Shown: positions 18,119 through 29,183, numbered from the stretch's first letter. The stretch: DNA of 64,000 bases from Vulcanimicrobiota bacterium (GCA_963805945.1 CAWDVP010000003.1:128001-192000); one strand, 5' to 3'. The notes: a model not told the origin generated them from the letters alone. Made by a program: numbers and translations.

Positions 18119-19755
18119 TGCGGCGACTCGCGGCGCTCGCGCTCATCCTGTGCGCGACCGCCTGCACCAAGATCAGCACGGAAGTCTCGCATACCGGGCC
18201 CGCCAATGGCGGCACGATCCCAGGCACCCTGCGCTACGCGGATATCGAAGAGCCGATCTCGCTCAATCCGCTGCTGCGGCTCGACGCCGTCGGCACCGAT
18301 CTCGACATGTTCATGTTCGGTTTCTTCTTCAATATCGACGACAAGCTGAACTACGTGCCGGAGCTCGCGCTCGAGGTGCCGACCTACGCGAACGGCGGCA
18401 TCAGCAAGGACGGGAAGACGCTCACCTATCACCTGCGCCACGGCGTCAAGTGGCACGACGGCGTGCCGTTCACGTCGCACGACGTCGTCTTCACCACGCA
18501 CGCGATCCAGAATCCCGCCAACAATCTGCAGTCGCGCTCGGGCTGGGAGCAGATCGTAAGCGTCGAGGCGCCCGACGACTACACCGTCAAGTTCCACCTC
18601 AAGAAGATCTACGCGTCGGCGATCGCGACATATTTCGCCGAGAGCGGACTCTATCCGATCTTGCCCGCGCATCTGCTCGAGAAATATCCCAATCTCAACC
18701 AGGTCCCGTTCAACGTCGCCCCGGTAGGCACCGGTCCGTTCAAGTTCGTCAAGTGGGTCCATGGCGACCGCATCGAACTCGCGGCCAATCCGGATTACTG
18801 GCGCGGAGCTCCCAAGCTGAAGCGGATCATCTACAAGATCATCCCCAACGACAACACGATCATGACGCAGTTGAAGACCCACGAGATCGACGCATGGTTC
18901 CGCGCGGCGACGAGCATGTACCCGCAGATCCAGCAACTCCCTTCATACGGCTTCCGCGTGCAGCTCGAACCCGGGCTGCTCTACTCCCATCTCGACCTCA
19001 ATCAGAAGAACCCCATCTTCACCGACCTACGCGTCCGGCAAGCGATCAGCTATGCGATCGACCGGCGCAAGATCATCCACGACGTGACGCATGACGTCCA
19101 GATCCCGGGCTACGCGAATCAAGCGACGATGTCGTGGGCGTATGAGCCCAACGTCGTGCATTACGACTATGACCCAGCCAAAGCGGCGCAGCTGCTCGAT
19201 GCAGCCGGCTGGAAGCTGGGCGCCGACGGCGTCCGCGCGAAGAACGGCAAGAAGCTCGCGTTCAACCTTTCCGCCGCGGCGGGCGGCGCCACCGGCGAGG
19301 CGACCGAACTGATCATCCAAGAGGAGCTGCGCGCCGTCGGCATCGACGCCTCGGTGAAGAACTACCCGACCGTCCTCTACTTCGCCGGCTACCAGCAGAA
19401 CGGCATCCTGCAGAAGGGTCTGTACGATGCCGCGCTGTTCGCGTGGGTCGCGGGCGTCGATCCAGATGACGAGTCGCTGTACGCGAGCTATAGGTTCCCG
19501 CCCGATGGGCAGAACAGTCTGTATTGGGTCGATCCGGCCATCGATCAAGCCGAGAAGGGCGCGCTCGGAAGCTACGACCAGAACGAGCGCAAGAAGTATT
19601 ACTCGATCATCCAAAAGGAGATCGCGTCGCAGGCGGTCACGATCGTGCTGTACTATCAGCGCCAGATCTTCATCACGTCGAACGATCTGACGGGTTTCGT
19701 GCCCGCGCCTGCCACGAGCAGCAACTGGAACTCTTGGGAATGGGAGATGCGCTGA
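18118..19755 (+). CDS. Family 5 ABC substrate-binding lipoprotein
   Basis: GTG start overlapping the upstream stop; ATAC lipobox; LRHGVKWHDG; PVGTGPFKF; ends WNSWEWEMR. Confidence 0.92.
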   Translation: MRRLAALALILCATACTKISTEVSHTGPANGGTIPGTLRYADIEEPISLNPLLRLDAVGTDLDMFMFGFFFNIDDKLNYVPELALEVPTYANGGISKDGKTLTYHLRHGVKWHDGVPFTSHDVVFTTHAIQNPANNLQSRSGWEQIVSVEAPDDYTVKFHLKKIYASAIATYFAESGLYPILPAHLLEKYPNLNQVPFNVAPVGTGPFKFVKWVHGDRIELAANPDYWRGAPKLKRIIYKIIPNDNTIMTQLKTHEIDAWFRAATSMYPQIQQLPSYGFRVQLEPGLLYSHLDLNQKNPIFTDLRVRQAISYAIDRRKIIHDVTHDVQIPGYANQATMSWAYEPNVVHYDYDPAKAAQLLDAAGWKLGADGVRAKNGKKLAFNLSAAAGGATGEATELIIQEELRAVGIDASVKNYPTVLYFAGYQQNGILQKGLYDAALFAWVAGVDPDDESLYASYRFPPDGQNSLYWVDPAIDQAEKGALGSYDQNERKKYYSIIQKEIASQAVTIVLYYQRQIFITSNDLTGFVPAPATSSNWNSWEWEMR

Positions 19756-19757
19756 CC

Positions 19758-21432
19758 GTGCACCACCACCACCGCGCCGCGGCCATCGGCCGCGCCATCC
19801 TCGCCGCCGCGCTGACGGCGGCGCTGCTCAGCCGGCTGCTCGAAGGTCTCGCAGAGCACCGGCGTGCCCGCTGCCGGCGGAGGCACGATTCCAGGCACGT
19901 TGCGCTACGCCGACATCGAAGAGCCGAACTCGTTGAACCCGCTGCTGCGGCTCGAGGCCGTCAGCACCGACCTCGACATGTTCGTCTTCGGCTATTTCTT
20001 CAACTTGGACGACAAAGAGCGTTGGGTGCCTGAGCTGGCACTGGAAGTGCCGACCTCCGAGAACGGCGGCATCAGCAAGGACGGCCTCACCCTGACCTAC
20101 CATCTCCGCCACGGCGTCAAGTGGCACGACGGTGCGCCCTTCACGTCGCACGACGTCGTCTTCACGACGCACGCGATCCTCAACCCGGCGAACAATCTGC
20201 AGGCGCGTTCCGGCTACGACCAACTGGTCGCCTCCGACCCGGTGGACGCGCCCGACGACTACACGGTCGTCTTCCATCTCCAGCGGATCTACGCGCCGGC
20301 GGTCGCCTCCTTGTTCTCGGAGAGCGGCAACTATCCGATTCTGCCGGCGCACCTGCTCGAGAAGTACCCGGACCTCAACCACGTGCCGTTCAACACCGCT
20401 CCGGTGGGCACGGGCCCGTTCAAGTTCGTGAAGTGGGTGCACGGCGACCACATCGAGCTGGTCGCCAACCCCGATTACTGGCGCGGTCCGCCGAAGCTGA
20501 AGCGGATCATCTACAAGATCATCCCGAACGATCAGACCATCTTGACCCAGCTCAAGACGCACGAGATCGACGCGTGGTTCCGCGCGCCGTCGAACCTGTA
20601 TCCCGAGCTCAAGGCCCTGCCGGACTACCGGGTGCAGCTGGAGCCGTCGAACCTCTTCGCGCACATCGACCTCAGCATGAAGAATCCTATCTTCAACGAT
20701 ATACGCGTGCGCCGTGCCATCAACTTCTCGATCGACAAACGCAAGCTCATCCACGACGTCGCGCACGACGTCCACGAACCCGCGTATGCGGATGAGCCGA
20801 GCTTCTCGTGGGCGTACGAACCTGACGTGGTGCATTACGATTTTGATCCGAAACAGGCGAAGCAGCTGCTCGACGAAGCGGGCTGGGTTCCCGGGCCGGA
20901 CGGCGTGCGCGTCAAGGACGGCCAGAAGTTGGCGTTCAACCTCAGCGCGGTCGCCGGCGGCAAGACCGGCGAAGCCACGGAAGCGCTCGTGCAGCAGATG
21001 CTCGCGCAAGTGGGCATACAGGCGAGCATCAAGAACTATCCGGCGACGGTGCTCTTCGCAAGCATCCAAGACGGCGGCATCCTGATGAAAGGCAGCTACG
21101 ACGCGGCGTTCTACTCGTGGGTCGCCGGCGTCGATCCCGGGGACGACGAATCGCTGTATGCATGCTACAAGACCCCGCCGCGAGGCCAGAACGTCCTGTA
21201 CTGGTGCGACCCGCGCATGGACGCCGCGCAGAGGGGCGCGCTGTCCTCGTACGACCAGGCGACGCGCAAGAAGTACTACTCGACGATCCAGAAGCTGCTG
21301 GCGTCGGAGTCGGTGACCATCTTCATGTGGTTCGCGCGCCAGATCTACGTCACGTCGCCGAACCTCAAGAACTTCAAGCCGGCGCCGGCCGTGACGAGCA
21401 ATTGGAACAGCTGGGAATGGGAGATGCAATGA
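19758..21432 (+). CDS. Family 5 ABC substrate-binding lipoprotein, frameshift in the signal peptide near 19830
   Basis: Removing one base restores the lipobox L(A/S)GCSK; body is a close paralog of 18118-19755; ends WNSWEWEMQ. Confidence 0.88.
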
Positions 21433-23098
21433 GCATGAAGGTTTCTGTGGGCGCGGCGTTCGGCCGCGCCTTTTTTGTCTTCGCGATGGCCGCGGCGCTG
21501 CTCGCCGGCTGCACGAAAGTGTCGCAGAACGCGGGCCAGCCCCAGCACGTCGGCGCCGGGCCGATCCCGGGCGTGCTGCGCTACGCCGAGATCGCCGAGC
21601 CCGACACGCTCAACCCGCTGCTCACCACGCAGACCGTCACCGCGGACATCGAGTACATGGCGTTCACGTTCTTCTTCAATTTCGACGACAAGCTCAACTA
21701 CGTGCCGGAAGCGGCGCTCGACGGTGCCGACCTTGCGCAACGGCGGCATCTCCGCGGACGGCAAGACCATCACGTATCACATGCGTCACGGCATCACGTG
21801 GCAAGACGGCACGCCGCTCACGGCCAAGGACGTCGTCTTCACGGTCCATGCCATCATGAATCCGGCCAACAACGTCCAAGTGCGCACCGGCTACGACCAG
21901 ATCGCCGCGTTGGATGCGCCCGACGACTACACCGTCGTCGTCCACATGAAACGCATCTTCGCGCCGATCATCGCGTACTTCATGTGCCAGCAAGGCGGCT
22001 TTCCGATCGTGCCCGCGCACCTGTTGGCGCAGTACCCGAACGTCAACAAGCTGCCCTACAACACGCTGCCCATCGGTTCGGGGCCTTTCAAGGTCACCGA
22101 ATGGGTGCACGGCGACCACCTGACGCTCGTCGCCAATCCCGAGCTACTGGCGCGGTCCGCCGAAGCTCAAGAAGATCGTCTACCGCTTCATCGCCAGCGC
22201 GACGACGATCAAGGTGCTGCTGCAGACGCACGAGATCGATGCGTGGTTCCGCGCCGATCCGAACTTCTACGAGCAATTCAAGGAGATGTCGGGCTACGAC
22301 GTCGTCGTGTCGGATCAGAACCTGTTCGGGCATATCGACTTCAACGTGAAGGATCCGATCCTCGCCGACATGCGCGTCCGAAAAGCGATCGAGTACGCGC
22401 TGGACCGCAAGGCCTTCGCCCACGACCTCTCGCACGGCGTCTACCTGCCTGGCACGAGCGACATCGCTCCCTATAGCTGGGCGTATCCGCACGACCTCCC
22501 GCTGTACGACAACGATCCCGCGGCGGCGCGCGCGCTGCTCGACGCGGCAGGATGGACGCCTGGTCCCGATGGCGTGCGGGTGAAGAACGGCGTGCCGTTA
22601 GAGCTGCAGATCTCCTACACCAGCGGCAACACGCTTGGCATCGCGCTCGCGTCGGTGACGCAGGCGAAACTGCGCGATATCGGCATCCATCTCACCCAGA
22701 AATCCTATCCGGCCTCGCTGTACTTCGACTCCGCGCAGAACGGCGGCATCCTCAACAGCGGCAAGTATCAGATCGCGTACTACGGCTGGGCGAGCGGCGT
22801 CGATCCGGACAACTCGTCGCTGTACGACTCCGACCAGTTCCCGCCGGGCGGCCAGAACTCGCTGTTCTGGGCCGATGCCAAGGTCCACGCCGCCGAGGTG
22901 GACGCGCTCGGGACCTTCGATCAGGCGCGGCGCATCCGCGACTACGCGATCATCGAGCACGAGCTGATCGAGCAGGTGCCGACCATCTTCGTGTTCCACG
23001 AGCGGCGCCTTGACGTCGTGAGCAGCAGTTTCAAGAACTACATCCCGTCGCCGGCGACGTCGTCGTTCTGGAACACCTGGGAATGGGAGATGCAATAA
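21429..23098 (+). CDS. Family 5 ABC substrate-binding lipoprotein, frameshifts near 21720 and 22140
   Basis: LAGC lipobox and LRYAEI in one frame; MRHGITWQDG..PIGSGPF in a second; THEIDAWFR..WNTWEWEMQ in a third. Confidence 0.85.
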
Positions 23099-23105
23099 AC
23101 AGGTT

Positions 23106-23132
23106 TATGGAGCGGTCGAATTTATTCGACCG
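23106..23132 (+). repeat. REP-like palindrome
   Basis: TATGGAG-CGGTCGAA-TTTA-TTCGACCG between convergent genes. Confidence 0.88.
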
Positions 23133-23142
23133 GGCAGCGGTT

Positions 23143-24042
23143 TCAGCCAGGCGGCGCGAGCACGCGCGCGCCGAGCGGCACGAGCGCGATCTCCGCGCGA
23201 TCGATACGCGACACCTCGCCGTCGAGATGCATCGCCACCGGCCGGTCAAAGGCGATGGTGAGCGCGTCGGCGCGTAGCGCCGTCACGGTCGGCTCGCCTT
23301 CGTGCACGCCTGCTCGGATGCGCTGCAGCAGCGCGAAACGGCCGATGAAGCCGCGCAGATCGGCGAACGCATAGCAGTCGAACATGCCGTCGTCCATGCG
23401 CGCCTTCGGCGCACCGAGGAAACCGCCGCCATACCATCTGCCGTTGCCGATCGTGATCATGATGAGGTCGTCGAAACGCTGCGAGCCGGCGGCCGTCACC
23501 ACGGTCGCGCCGACCGGCCGCACTGCGAACAATCCGCCCACCGCGGCGACGTAATACAGCAGGCCCTTCGCGAAGCCGCGCACGCGGATGCGCGCCGTCG
23601 TGCTCGCGACTTCCGCGTCGAGGCCGATGCCCACGCAGTTGAGGAAGCGAGTGCCGTTGGCGGTGCCGTAGTCGATCCGTCGTTCGTTCCCCGCGGCCAG
23701 CGTCGCAAGCGATCGCTCGCCGCGCTCGATGCCGAGCATCACCGCGACGTCGTTGCCCGAACCGCACGGCACGAGGCCGAGCGTGACCGCGCTCGGATCC
23801 GCGATGGCGTTGAACGTGAGGCACAGCGTGCCGTCGCCGCCGACGCACACGACAAGCGGCGGCTGCGCGCCGTGGGGCAGCGCGCGTATGGCTTCATTAA
23901 GTCGCGCGGCGAAAGCCGGCGTGAGATCGGGCTCGATGATCGCTTGCGGTGGTCCGCCAAGCGCCTGCTCGATCGCGCGCAGCAACCCAGGTGCGGCGCC
24001 TGAGCCGGCCAAAGGGTTGGCGACGGCGACATAGGGCTTCAC
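23143..24042 (-). CDS. Diacylglycerol kinase family (YegS/DagK-like) lipid kinase
   Basis: NPLAGSG, GGDGT, PCGSGND, GIGLDA, NGRWYGGG, HLDGE. Confidence 0.92.
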   Translation of the reverse strand: MKPYVAVANPLAGSGAAPGLLRAIEQALGGPPQAIIEPDLTPAFAARLNEAIRALPHGAQPPLVVCVGGDGTLCLTFNAIADPSAVTLGLVPCGSGNDVAVMLGIERGERSLATLAAGNERRIDYGTANGTRFLNCVGIGLDAEVASTTARIRVRGFAKGLLYYVAAVGGLFAVRPVGATVVTAAGSQRFDDLIMITIGNGRWYGGGFLGAPKARMDDGMFDCYAFADLRGFIGRFALLQRIRAGVHEGEPTVTALRADALTIAFDRPVAMHLDGEVSRIDRAEIALVPLGARVLAPPG

Positions 24043-24129
24043 GCCGGCGTCAACAAAGCGCAGGTCGGTGGCATCGCGCGGCTTTCGGCATCGTCCGGCA
24101 GGCTTCTTACCTTGGGGGAGATTCTCGAG

Positions 24130-24954
24130 ATGAACGGTCGCACAGGGCTCTTTCTCGCCGTGGCCGTCGCCGCCGCATCGCTGTGCGGCGCGACGCCGCC
24201 GCCCAAGGCAGCTCCTTCGCCCACGCCAGGTCCGGCCTCGAACGCGCCCGGCGACGAGTACTTCGGCCGCCAGAAGCTCAGCTATCTCGGGATCAACAAC
24301 ATCTTCCGCGACGAGGCGATCCGCATCGGCGAGCATACGACGGATCTCGGCGAGATCAACAAACTTGACGCCGCAGCCGATGCGCTGCACGCGTGGTCGT
24401 CGAAGTATCCCCACGACCAGCAGCTTCCGCGTTCCTACTTCCTGGGCCAGCTCGCGTTCCGGCGTGTCTGGACGCTCGACGGACAGGAGATCGCCTGGTC
24501 ATACATGCAGATCCTCGTGACGAGGTTCCCGAGCACGTTCTTCGGCAAGGCGATGAAGTCGAGTCTTGCGCGCGGCTTCACGATGAACTACTACGCGGCC
24601 CCGTTGCCGTGCCCCACGCCCACGCCGTTGCCGCCGACGCCTTTACCGAAGGGCGTGCGACCACCGCCGCCCACCGCGACACCGCCGCCCACGCCGAGCC
24701 CTACGCCGACGCCTGAGCCGACGCCGAGAAATCCGAAAGAGCCGACGCGGAATATCATGGAGGCTCCGTGCGTACCGCCGCCGACACCGGAACCGACGCC
24801 GACGCCGACGCCGCTCGCAACGGCCACGCCAAAGGCCACGCAGACGCCACGAGCGACCGCTACGCCGGTCGCGACCGCGACGCCGGAGGACGCGACGCCG
24901 GCGGCGACGGCGACGCTGGCAGCGACCGCCGCGCCGACCGCGACGCCGAAATAG
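24130..24954 (+). CDS. Secreted 'APGDEYFG' family paralog 3 with a long Pro/Thr-rich tail
   Basis: APGDEYFG..LSYLGINN..W.SKYPHDQQLP; C-terminal PTPT/TATP repeats. Confidence 0.8.
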   Translation: MNGRTGLFLAVAVAAASLCGATPPPKAAPSPTPGPASNAPGDEYFGRQKLSYLGINNIFRDEAIRIGEHTTDLGEINKLDAAADALHAWSSKYPHDQQLPRSYFLGQLAFRRVWTLDGQEIAWSYMQILVTRFPSTFFGKAMKSSLARGFTMNYYAAPLPCPTPTPLPPTPLPKGVRPPPPTATPPPTPSPTPTPEPTPRNPKEPTRNIMEAPCVPPPTPEPTPTPTPLATATPKATQTPRATATPVATATPEDATPAATATLAATAAPTATPK

Positions 24955-25956
24955 CTACGCGGACCAGGATTTGAAGCTGCGCGAGAACTCCGCCACGAGT
25001 TCGTGATCGGCGTTGGGCGCCTGACCGCTCGTCGTGAGATAGTCGCCGATGATGAGACCGTCGGCGCCCGCGACCAGGCCTAGCACTTGCTGTTCTTTGA
25101 GCGTCCGCTCGCGTCCGCCTGAAAGCCTGATCAGCGCCTGCGGCAGCGCGAAGCGCATCATCGCCACCGCTCGTAACGCGTCGCCGAAGGGCAGCAGGGC
25201 CCGCTCGCCCAGCGGCGTGCCGACCCGCGGATCGAGGAAATTCACCGGCACCTCTTCGGGTGCGAGCATCTGCAGGTCGCAGGCGAGATCGACGCGATCC
25301 TCGAGCGACTCGCCCATGCCGAAGATGCCCCCGCTGCACAGCTCGAGCCCTTCGGCGCGCACCGCGCGACAGGTCTCGAGCCGTTCGTCATACGTGTGCG
25401 TCGAGCAGATGCTCGGGAAGAAGCGTGGCCCGGCTTCGAGATTGTGATTGACCTTCGCGACGCCCGCGTCTTTGAGCCGGCGGATCTGTTCGGGCCGCAT
25501 GATGCCAAGCGAGACCGCCACTTTGAGCGGCGTCGCGGCACGCACCGCGCCGACGCAGCGTATCACCTGTGCGAGCACGCCCTCGTTAGGCCCGCGCACC
25601 GCGATGACCAGACAGAATTCGGAGGCGCCGTTGCGCCACGCGCGCTGCGCCGCCGCGACCGCCTCGTCCTCGCGCATGAGCGGCCGCACGGCGACGTCGG
25701 TGTGGAAACGCGCCGATTGCGAGCAGAACGCGCAATCCTCGGAGCACGCTCCGGTCTTCGCGCTCACGATGCCCTCGAGGTTGACGTCCTCGCCGGCGAG
25801 CGCACGCGCGCTGCGCACGCGCAGGCTGCGCCGAAGCAGCTCGTCGCGCTCGTCGTCGCTCGTGCGCAGGATGCCCTCGAGCACGGCGCGCGGCGCCGGC
25901 GCGTGCCGCTCGGCGAGGTCGTCGAGCGCGGCGTACAGCGACGGGTCCGTGAGCAT
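24955..25956 (-). CDS. bioB: Biotin synthase
   Basis: KTGACSEDCAFCSQSA radical SAM motif; NHNLE; CSGGIFGMGE; VPVNFL; IRLSGGRE; GDYLTT. Confidence 0.96.
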   Translation of the reverse strand: MLTDPSLYAALDDLAERHAPAPRAVLEGILRTSDDERDELLRRSLRVRSARALAGEDVNLEGIVSAKTGACSEDCAFCSQSARFHTDVAVRPLMREDEAVAAAQRAWRNGASEFCLVIAVRGPNEGVLAQVIRCVGAVRAATPLKVAVSLGIMRPEQIRRLKDAGVAKVNHNLEAGPRFFPSICSTHTYDERLETCRAVRAEGLELCSGGIFGMGESLEDRVDLACDLQMLAPEEVPVNFLDPRVGTPLGERALLPFGDALRAVAMMRFALPQALIRLSGGRERTLKEQQVLGLVAGADGLIIGDYLTTSGQAPNADHELVAEFSRSFKSWSA

Positions 25957-26630
25957 CAAGCGGCTCCTCGTGCGGCGAGCGGCCCTGCGATCGCCGCCAG
26001 TCTTCCGGCATCCGCCTGGATGCCGTGCGGGATGAATGCTGCGACGTGCAAGCCGCGCGCCTCCATATCCTCTCGCGTCGAGTCTACGTACCACGCCGGG
26101 CTCGGGCCGAAGCGATCGCACACGATCGCATCCGTGCACGGCCGGCCGATCGAACGCAAATACTCTGCGATGGCGAAACTATGGCTGAGGACGCCGAGGC
26201 GCAGGCCCGCGACGAGCACGATGCGATACTCGGGCAGCGCGCGCGCCACATCGCAGACGTATGCCGATGCCGAGAGCGGCGTCAGCGCGCCGCCGCACGT
26301 CTCGACGACGACCGCATCCGTGCCGGCTTCCGCCGCGCGGACGATCGCGGCGCAGCGCTCGACCGTCGGCGCCGGGATCCCCGCGGCCCGCGCCGCGGCG
26401 CTCGGCGCGGCGGCGAGTTCGAAGCGCAGGCCGTCCACCAGCGTCAGCCGCTCGTCCGCGCCGACGACGGCGCGCAGCGCGACGAGATCGGAATGTTCCG
26501 CCGAGCCGGTCTCCACGGGTTTGCAGGCGGCCACGTGCAGCCCATCACGCAACAACGCCGCGCACAGCGCGGCGGAGGCCGTCGTCTTGCCGATGTCGGT
26601 GTCAGTCCCGACGAGCAAGAAGCGTCGCAC
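25956..26630 (-). CDS. bioD: Dethiobiotin synthase
   Basis: GTDTDIGKT P-loop; KPVETG; VVETCGG; LGVLSH. Confidence 0.93.
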   Translation of the reverse strand: MRRFLLVGTDTDIGKTTASAALCAALLRDGLHVAACKPVETGSAEHSDLVALRAVVGADERLTLVDGLRFELAAAPSAAARAAGIPAPTVERCAAIVRAAEAGTDAVVVETCGGALTPLSASAYVCDVARALPEYRIVLVAGLRLGVLSHSFAIAEYLRSIGRPCTDAIVCDRFGPSPAWYVDSTREDMEARGLHVAAFIPHGIQADAGRLAAIAGPLAARGAA

Positions 26631-27756
26631 AGGTCTGTTCTATGGCAGCGGCGAGAAAGTCGATGTCGTTCTGGGTGTGAGAAGCCGTGAGTGAGAAGCG
26701 GATGCGGCTCGCGCCGTCGGGGACGGTGGGCGGCCGGATCGCCGGCGCGAAGACGCCGCGCTCGAGCAGGCCGCGCGCGACCGCGAGCGCGCCGCCGGCG
26801 CTGCCTACTATAAGGAAGAGCAGATGCGGCGCCGCCTCGGCGTCGCCGGCGACGTCGAGGCCTGCCGCCGTGAGCCGCTCGCGCAGCGACGCGCCTAGCG
26901 CGCGGATGTGCGCTCGCTCGGCGTCCATATGCGGCACGAGTTCGAGCGCCGCGCGCGCCGCGCGCACGACCGGCGGCGGCAGCGCCGTGTCGAAGATGAA
27001 CGAGCGCGCCGCACTGACGAGGTATTCGATCGCGGTCGTGGGTCCGGCGATGAACCCTCCGAGCGAGCCAAGCGCTTTTGACAGCGTGCCGAGCAGCACG
27101 CCGTCGGTGCGCCGCGCGAACGCAGTACCGCTGCCGACGCCGCGATCGCCCACCACGCCGATGCCGTGCGCGTCGTCGATCAGCGTGCGCCAGCCAAAAG
27201 CGTGCGCGCGCTCGGCCAACTCAGGTAAAGGCGGCGCGACGCCGTCCATGCCGTAGATGGCCTCGGTCACCAACAGCGATCCCGGGCGGCCTTCGGGCAG
27301 CGAGCCGGCAGGGTAGACGGATTTCGCCACGCCGCTCAGACGGATGCCGTCGATGAGCGAGGCGTGATTGCGCTCGTCGGAAAGCACGGCAGACGCGCCG
27401 CGTGCGAGCGCGGGAATCGCGCCGACGGCGGCGAGGTAGCCGCTGGAGAACACGAGCGCCGCTTCCTGGCCGAGAAACACGGCAAGCTCACGCTCGAGGG
27501 CGGTCAGCTCGGCGCGGCTTCCCGAGAGCAGGCGCGCGCCCGTCGCGCCCGCCGCGTCGGCGGAGCGCTGCGCGGCCAGCACGCGCGCGTCGCGCGACAA
27601 GCCGAGATAGTCGTTGGAACAGCAGATGAGGACGTCGCGGCCGTCGAGCGTGCCGCGCGCGCCATCGCACTGAAGATCGACGATGCGCCGACGCAGCTGA
27701 CGCTCGTCCAATCGTTCGAGCGCGCGTGCCGTCCAGTCGAAGGGGCGTTCAGGCAT
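26602..27756 (-). CDS. bioF: 8-amino-7-oxononanoate synthase
   Basis: SNDYLGL, FSSGY, NHASLIDG, DDAHG, TLSKALG, AIRPPTVP. Confidence 0.95.
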   Translation of the reverse strand: MPERPFDWTARALERLDERQLRRRIVDLQCDGARGTLDGRDVLICCSNDYLGLSRDARVLAAQRSADAAGATGARLLSGSRAELTALERELAVFLGQEAALVFSSGYLAAVGAIPALARGASAVLSDERNHASLIDGIRLSGVAKSVYPAGSLPEGRPGSLLVTEAIYGMDGVAPPLPELAERAHAFGWRTLIDDAHGIGVVGDRGVGSGTAFARRTDGVLLGTLSKALGSLGGFIAGPTTAIEYLVSAARSFIFDTALPPPVVRAARAALELVPHMDAERAHIRALGASLRERLTAAGLDVAGDAEAAPHLLFLIVGSAGGALAVARGLLERGVFAPAIRPPTVPDGASRIRFSLTASHTQNDIDFLAAAIEQTCATLLARRD

Positions 27757-29043
27757 CGAGCAGCCGCTCGATCGCGCCGCTGAGGTCGCTCAATTCTTGT
27801 TCGGTCGAGGAGAGCGGCGGCACGAGGAGCAGCGTCGCGCCGACGGGCCGCACGAAATGGCCGGCATCCCACAGCGCTTCGCACAGCGCCCAGGACTGGG
27901 TCGGAGCGTCCGCCGCCGGTTCGAGCCCATCGCGCAGTTCGATGCCCGCGACGTAGCCGATGCGCCGCACGTCCGCGATGCGGCGGTGCGCTTTGAGCGC
28001 GTCGAGCCGCGCGTGCCAGCGCGGCGCCCGTTCCTGGACGTGCGCGAGCGTTTTTTCGACGCCGAACAGGTCGAGATTCGCGAGCGCGGCCGCGCATGCG
28101 ATCGGGTTGCCCGCATAGGAGTGGCCGTGGTAGAAGTGGCGCGCCTCGCCGTAGTCGCCGAGGAAAGCGTCGTAGATGCGCTCGGTGACGAGCGTGACGG
28201 ACAGCGGCAATGTACCGCCCGTGATGCCCTTGCCGAGCAGCAGCATGTCGGGTTCGATGCCCGCCTGCTCGAACGCGAACATCGTGCCCGTGCGTCCGAA
28301 GCCCGTCGCGATCTCGTCTGCGATGAGCAGCGTGCCGTTCGCCCGGCACAGCGCGGCGACGGCCGCGAGCATCTCGGGAGCCATCAGCCGCACGCCGCCG
28401 GCGAACTGCACGATGGGTTCGACGATGACCGCGGCGACCTCGCCGGCATGCGTCTGCAACGTCCGCTCCAGCGCGCGCAAGTACGATTCATCCCACGGCA
28501 GCAGCTCGACCGGAAAGCGCAACGCGCTGAACGGCTTGGCGAACTGCTCGACGCCGGAGAGGCTCATCGCGCCGGTCGTGTCGCCGTGGTAGCCGCGCCG
28601 GTGCGCGATGAACAGCGTGCGCGGATGTCCTTGCAGATGCCAGAACTGCACCGCGATCTTCAGCGCTGCCTCGACCGCGCTCGCGCCGTCGCCGGCATAG
28701 AAACACCGCGTGAGCGATGCCGGCATGAGCGCCGTGAGCCGTGCCGCGAGGACTGCGCCGCCGGCACATTGGACTGACCGAGCAAGGTGGCGTGATCGAG
28801 CGTGCGCGCCTGCGTCGCGATGGCCTCGACGATCGCGGGATGGCAGTGGCCGTGGACGGTCACCCAGATGGAAGAGCTCGCATCGAAGATCGCGCGGCCG
28901 TCGGTATCGTAGAGATAATTGCCGCTCGCGCGCTCGATCAGATGCTCGCGACCGCGATAGGCCGCCATCTGCGTGAACGGGTGCCACACGTGCGCACGAT
29001 CGGCTGCAAGCGCCACTTCGGCGGTCGTGGACCGAACCATCAT
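27749..29043 (-). CDS. bioA: Adenosylmethionine-8-amino-7-oxononanoate transaminase, frameshift near 28756
   Basis: HVWHPFTQM and SSIWV..HGH in one frame; YHGDT, IADEIATGFGRTG, GKGITGG, HGHSY in the next. Confidence 0.92.
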
Positions 29044-29125
29044 CAGGCGGGCGCTTCGCTCGGGGCGCGGTGTTGTCCCGCGCGAAAAGCGAATGGAGGA
29101 AGCGTGAGCGACTTCCTCCCGCCGA

Positions 29126-29155
29126 TATGACGAGACCGCCACGGGTTTTGTTACA
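29126..29155 (-). promoter_or_regulatory. Putative ECF-sigma promoter upstream of the bio operon
   Basis: Minus strand TGTAAC-N17-CGTCATA; shares TGTAACAAAACC with the copy at 45048-45076. Confidence 0.55.
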
Positions 29156-29183
29156 CACGCCGCCGAAGCGCAGTACGACCGCA

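Noticed and set aside
19758..19775. HHHH run at the SBP N-terminus as a metal-binding tag
   Set aside because: It lies in the cleaved signal peptide and is only a short CAC repeat.
24600..24950. ACGCCG-type tandem repeats
   Set aside because: Explained by Pro/Thr linker coding; not a separate DNA element.
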